A stretch of DNA of 64,000 nt. Origin: Squalus acanthias (lineage: Eukaryota). This document shows, piece by piece, positions 61,211 through 64,000 of this stretch. The first letter of the stretch is position 1, and every line of letters begins with the position of its first letter. Below the pieces are notes generated by a model. The model saw only the letters and a list, made by a program, of their open reading frames with translations. It was not told the origin of the DNA and made no database searches. The position numbers and the translations under genes were made by a program. The stretch covers positions 110,858,001 to 110,922,000 of the forward strand of contig CM059431.1 in the NCBI GenBank assembly GCA_030390025.1, read 5' to 3'.

Positions 61211-61949
61211 GGCCCGTATTTTCCGATCCCTACGTGCGTGTACGGGCTGTGTACACACCCGTAGGGACATCGGAAATGCCGGTTTCAGGCATGCGAAGCA
61301 CATGCGCTGAAAACCGGCATTTCTGATCTGTCAAGAATCCTCTTGACAGATCCTCCACCTGCCCTGGAGAAGGGCCTCTGCGGGTGGAGAGTTCTGCTTT
61401 CTGCACAACCTTCGCCGGCTGAAAACCCTTAAAAATCTTACGCCTGGTAAAAGCAAGCGTAAGGCCTGCTTTTACCAGCATAAGAGTTTAAAAAAAGTAA
61501 AACTCATTTATAATTTAAAAATACTTTAAAAAAGGTAAGTTTATTTTTAGCCCCGTAAAAAACTTTAATTATTTTTTTCAAAAAAATTAAATTTTTGTTT
61601 AAAATATTTAATTTAATGTAATTTTAACTCATTTTAAAAACATGATGGTTTTTAAAAAATGTATTTAATGTTTTGATGTCTTTTTTCAGTGATTCCCATT
61701 CATATATTTGACAGGTGAAAAGTATGAAGGGAGATTCCCTTCTCCCATTGGCTTCACTGGCCCACATGATCCCAGGGACGCTTGCGAACTGCCTGCGCCC
61801 CTGGGATACGTGGGCCCTGCGCATTTCGTCGTGGAGAGGCCCAGGACCGGAAATGGCCGCACCTCGGGAGCCCTCAGGTAAGTTGATAGATTTTTTTCCC
61901 GATAGGAGGCATCCGCGCGCAAGAAGCCTCCGATCGGAAATTACGGGCC
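61211..61949. mobile_element. MITE with AT-rich core
   Basis: TIRs GGCCCGTATTTTCCGATC / GATCGGAAATTACGGGCC (17/18). Confidence 0.85.
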
Positions 61950-62304
61950 TTTGTTTCAGTGAAACAGAACATTGTTTGTCAAGGAAAGGAGGCACTTTTA
62001 CCAGACGGCAAGCTTTCCAAAAGTGCAGGGCCTCACTAATGGCACACATGTAGCCATCAAGAATGCTGACAATATTCCATTCCATTCATAGCAGGTGGGG
62101 TCAGACCACAGGAACAGAATAATGCAAGTTAATGCGTCCATGATGCCTTCATTTTAGAGCAGTCCACCGTCCCACCACTTTTTTTGAAGTAGTAGGCAGA
62201 TTGGATGGCTGGCTGCTAGGGGAACAGGATCCTTGACCTTGGCTACAATTGAGAAGTCACTGAACAGAAGCCAAACAGAAGTACAACAAAGCTCACGGTC
62301 CAGA

Positions 62305-62753
62305 ATTTTTTTTTTATATTCATTCACAGGTTTTGGGTGTCACTGGCAAGGCTGGCATTTATTGCCCATCGCTAATTGCCCTTGAGAAGGTGGTGGTGAG
62401 CCGCCTTCTTGAACCGCTGCAGTCCATGTGGTTTGTCGTGGTGGTTTGGTACAACTGAGTGGCTCCAGAGGGCAGTTTAGAGTCAACCACATTGCTGTGG
62501 GTCTGGAGTGACATATAGGCCAGACCGGGTAAGGACGGCAGATTTCCTTCCCTGAAGGACATTAGTGAACCAGATGGGTTTTTATGACAATCCGGTAGTT
62601 ACATGGTCACCATTACTGATACAAGTTATTTATTCAATTAACTGAATTTAAATTCCCCAGCTACCATGGTGGGATTTGAACTCATGTCTCCAGATTATTA
62701 GTCCAGGCCTCTGGATTACTAGTCCAACAACATAAGCACTATGCTCCTGTTCC
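62305..62753 (-). mobile_element. tRNA-derived SINE, LF-SINE-like, with CR1-derived tail
   Basis: Head GGGAACAGGAGCATAGTG...GAGTTCAAATCCC. Body GGTTCACTAATGTCCTTCAGGGAAGGAAATCTGCCGTCCTTACCCGGTCTGGCC, recalled as LF-SINE-like. Tail matches 38497-38600. Confidence 0.72.
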
Positions 62754-62769
62754 CTGGGCTACAGATTAT

Positions 62770-63386
62770 CTTGTAAAATTGAGCTACTTACTGCCACGAG
62801 TTACTGCCGCAATCCTGAACAAAATGGCGGCAGCCACTCTAACGCCCTTCTCTGGCATGGGACTCAGCGGCCGCCATTTTGGTGAGGGCCTTAGCGCTGT
62901 CGATAGCAGTGCTGGCCATGGAGATGCAAATATGGAGCACTTTTCCCATTTTTTTAGGTGCGGAAGGCAATTCAGCTTTAAGAGTTGAAGACTCCCATTT
63001 GGAAAATCTTTTTAATGTTCATTTGTTTTTCAGAAGGCAGTTGAGCTGTAAGGGCTAAAAGCTGCCTATTTTTTAAATGATTTTTACTTTTTTCATTTTA
63101 GAAGGCAGTACCCCTTTAAGAGATCGCACTGCTTTCTGAAATGGCAGCCTTGCTTTAAGAGAAGGCTGTTCTTGCTGCAATGACGCTACGGCCACGCTAC
63201 ATTGGGCTTCCTGTTGGGACTACCGCCACATAAACGGCCTTGCACGGTGAGTTTAGCACTGGGCTAATGTTAATTAGCAACCAGCAGGGATATCCTGGTC
63301 CTACCAGCGCCATCAATTTCGGCAGCCGTTAACTCCGTCTCGCGGTGGCACCGGCAGGTTTTTAGCGCTCTCGAATTTCTAGGCCC
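62770..63386. mobile_element. Harbinger-type MITE (left end unclear)
   Basis: Right end GAATTTCTAGGCCC; it interrupts the transposase relic. Confidence 0.55.
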
Positions 63387-64000
63387 GCGTCTCCACCCAA
63401 ATTTTGGTAGAACATATAATTGCCACACGAAAGGAGCTTCAGCTGCATGGCCATATCCATCAGATGGGGGAGGTGGGGATACTCCTCTAATACTCTTACA
63501 GGGTAGCAAAAGTGATCTTCATCTGTTGTATCTTGCATACCTTTGCTCTCCAGAGAGGGTCGACACGCCTCTATCCCACTGCATTGATTTATTCCCAATA
63601 AAGATATACACTACATACCAAAGAAGCTACAAGCCCTTTATTTCCATCATATAGTTTAGCGCGTGTTCTCAATATTTATTCCCTGTTGCTTGATTTTGGT
63701 AAGAATGAATGATGTGTGTCATCTCCTACCTAAGCAAGCGCTCCTTCTAAGTACCAGCTCAGTGAGAGAGGCAAGTGTGGTGGCAACCTACTGGTCCTCA
63801 TTGGGGCCCCGTGATACAGCTATGGGACTGCGCCTTTTGCTGATGTGTTGTGAGATGGCTGCTCAACTACTGACAACACTTTGGCCCCTACTTTTGCTGC
63901 GTGCTCCTATCCAGTACCTGCCGTCACAGTCCTCTGGGGCACGTAGCTCGGATGGGCAGACGTGGCACCACCCTGAGTGGGAGCTGCCTCATTTAGCCTC

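Larger units (their letters stand above)
61950..63600 (+). pseudogene. Second, much older Harbinger transposase relic (pieces ~61950-62300 and ~63390-63600)
   Basis: ASFPKVQGLTNGTHVAI, DHRNRIMQVNA, VHDAFILEQSTVPPLF, LDGWLLG, QKYNKAHG, then RVAKVIFICCILHTFALQRG. Confidence 0.8.

Noticed and set aside
63362..63598. Minus ORF ...EEYPHLPHLMDMAMQLKLL as a host exon or hAT domain
   Set aside because: It is the antisense shadow of the plus-strand Harbinger relic (ICCILHTFALQRG).
1..64000. CRISPR arrays, rRNA or prokaryotic operons
   Set aside because: None seen; the sequence is vertebrate repeat-rich DNA.

Overview
Repeat-dense vertebrate genomic DNA. The repeat repertoire (CR1 and L2 LINEs, Deu-domain and LF-SINE-like tRNA-SINEs, Penelope elements, many Harbinger derivatives) suggests a cartilaginous fish; this is an inference. 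No complete host protein-coding gene is visible. There is only a candidate minus-strand terminal exon (60797-60897), an RFX X-box promoter candidate (~43150) and some non-coding exon-like segments. Main content: (i) a structurally complete PIF/Harbinger transposon at 55344-60412 with TIRs, a TTT TSD, a DDE transposase and a convergent 3-exon Myb/SANT gene, plus four non-autonomous deletion derivatives, two older relics and about ten MITEs with related TIRs; (ii) a 1053-bp solo LTR whose last 70 nt form an antisense, CCA-ending tRNA-like structure; (iii) Penelope sequences with hammerhead-ribozyme motifs, one inside an 84-bp inverted repeat; (iv) an R2-type RT fragment fused to an L2 end; (v) multi-level nested CR1 insertions; (vi) two long purine-rich simple-repeat arrays that generate the spurious long Pro/Gly-rich ORFs. 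All calls were made by eye and family names need confirmation against Dfam/Repbase.
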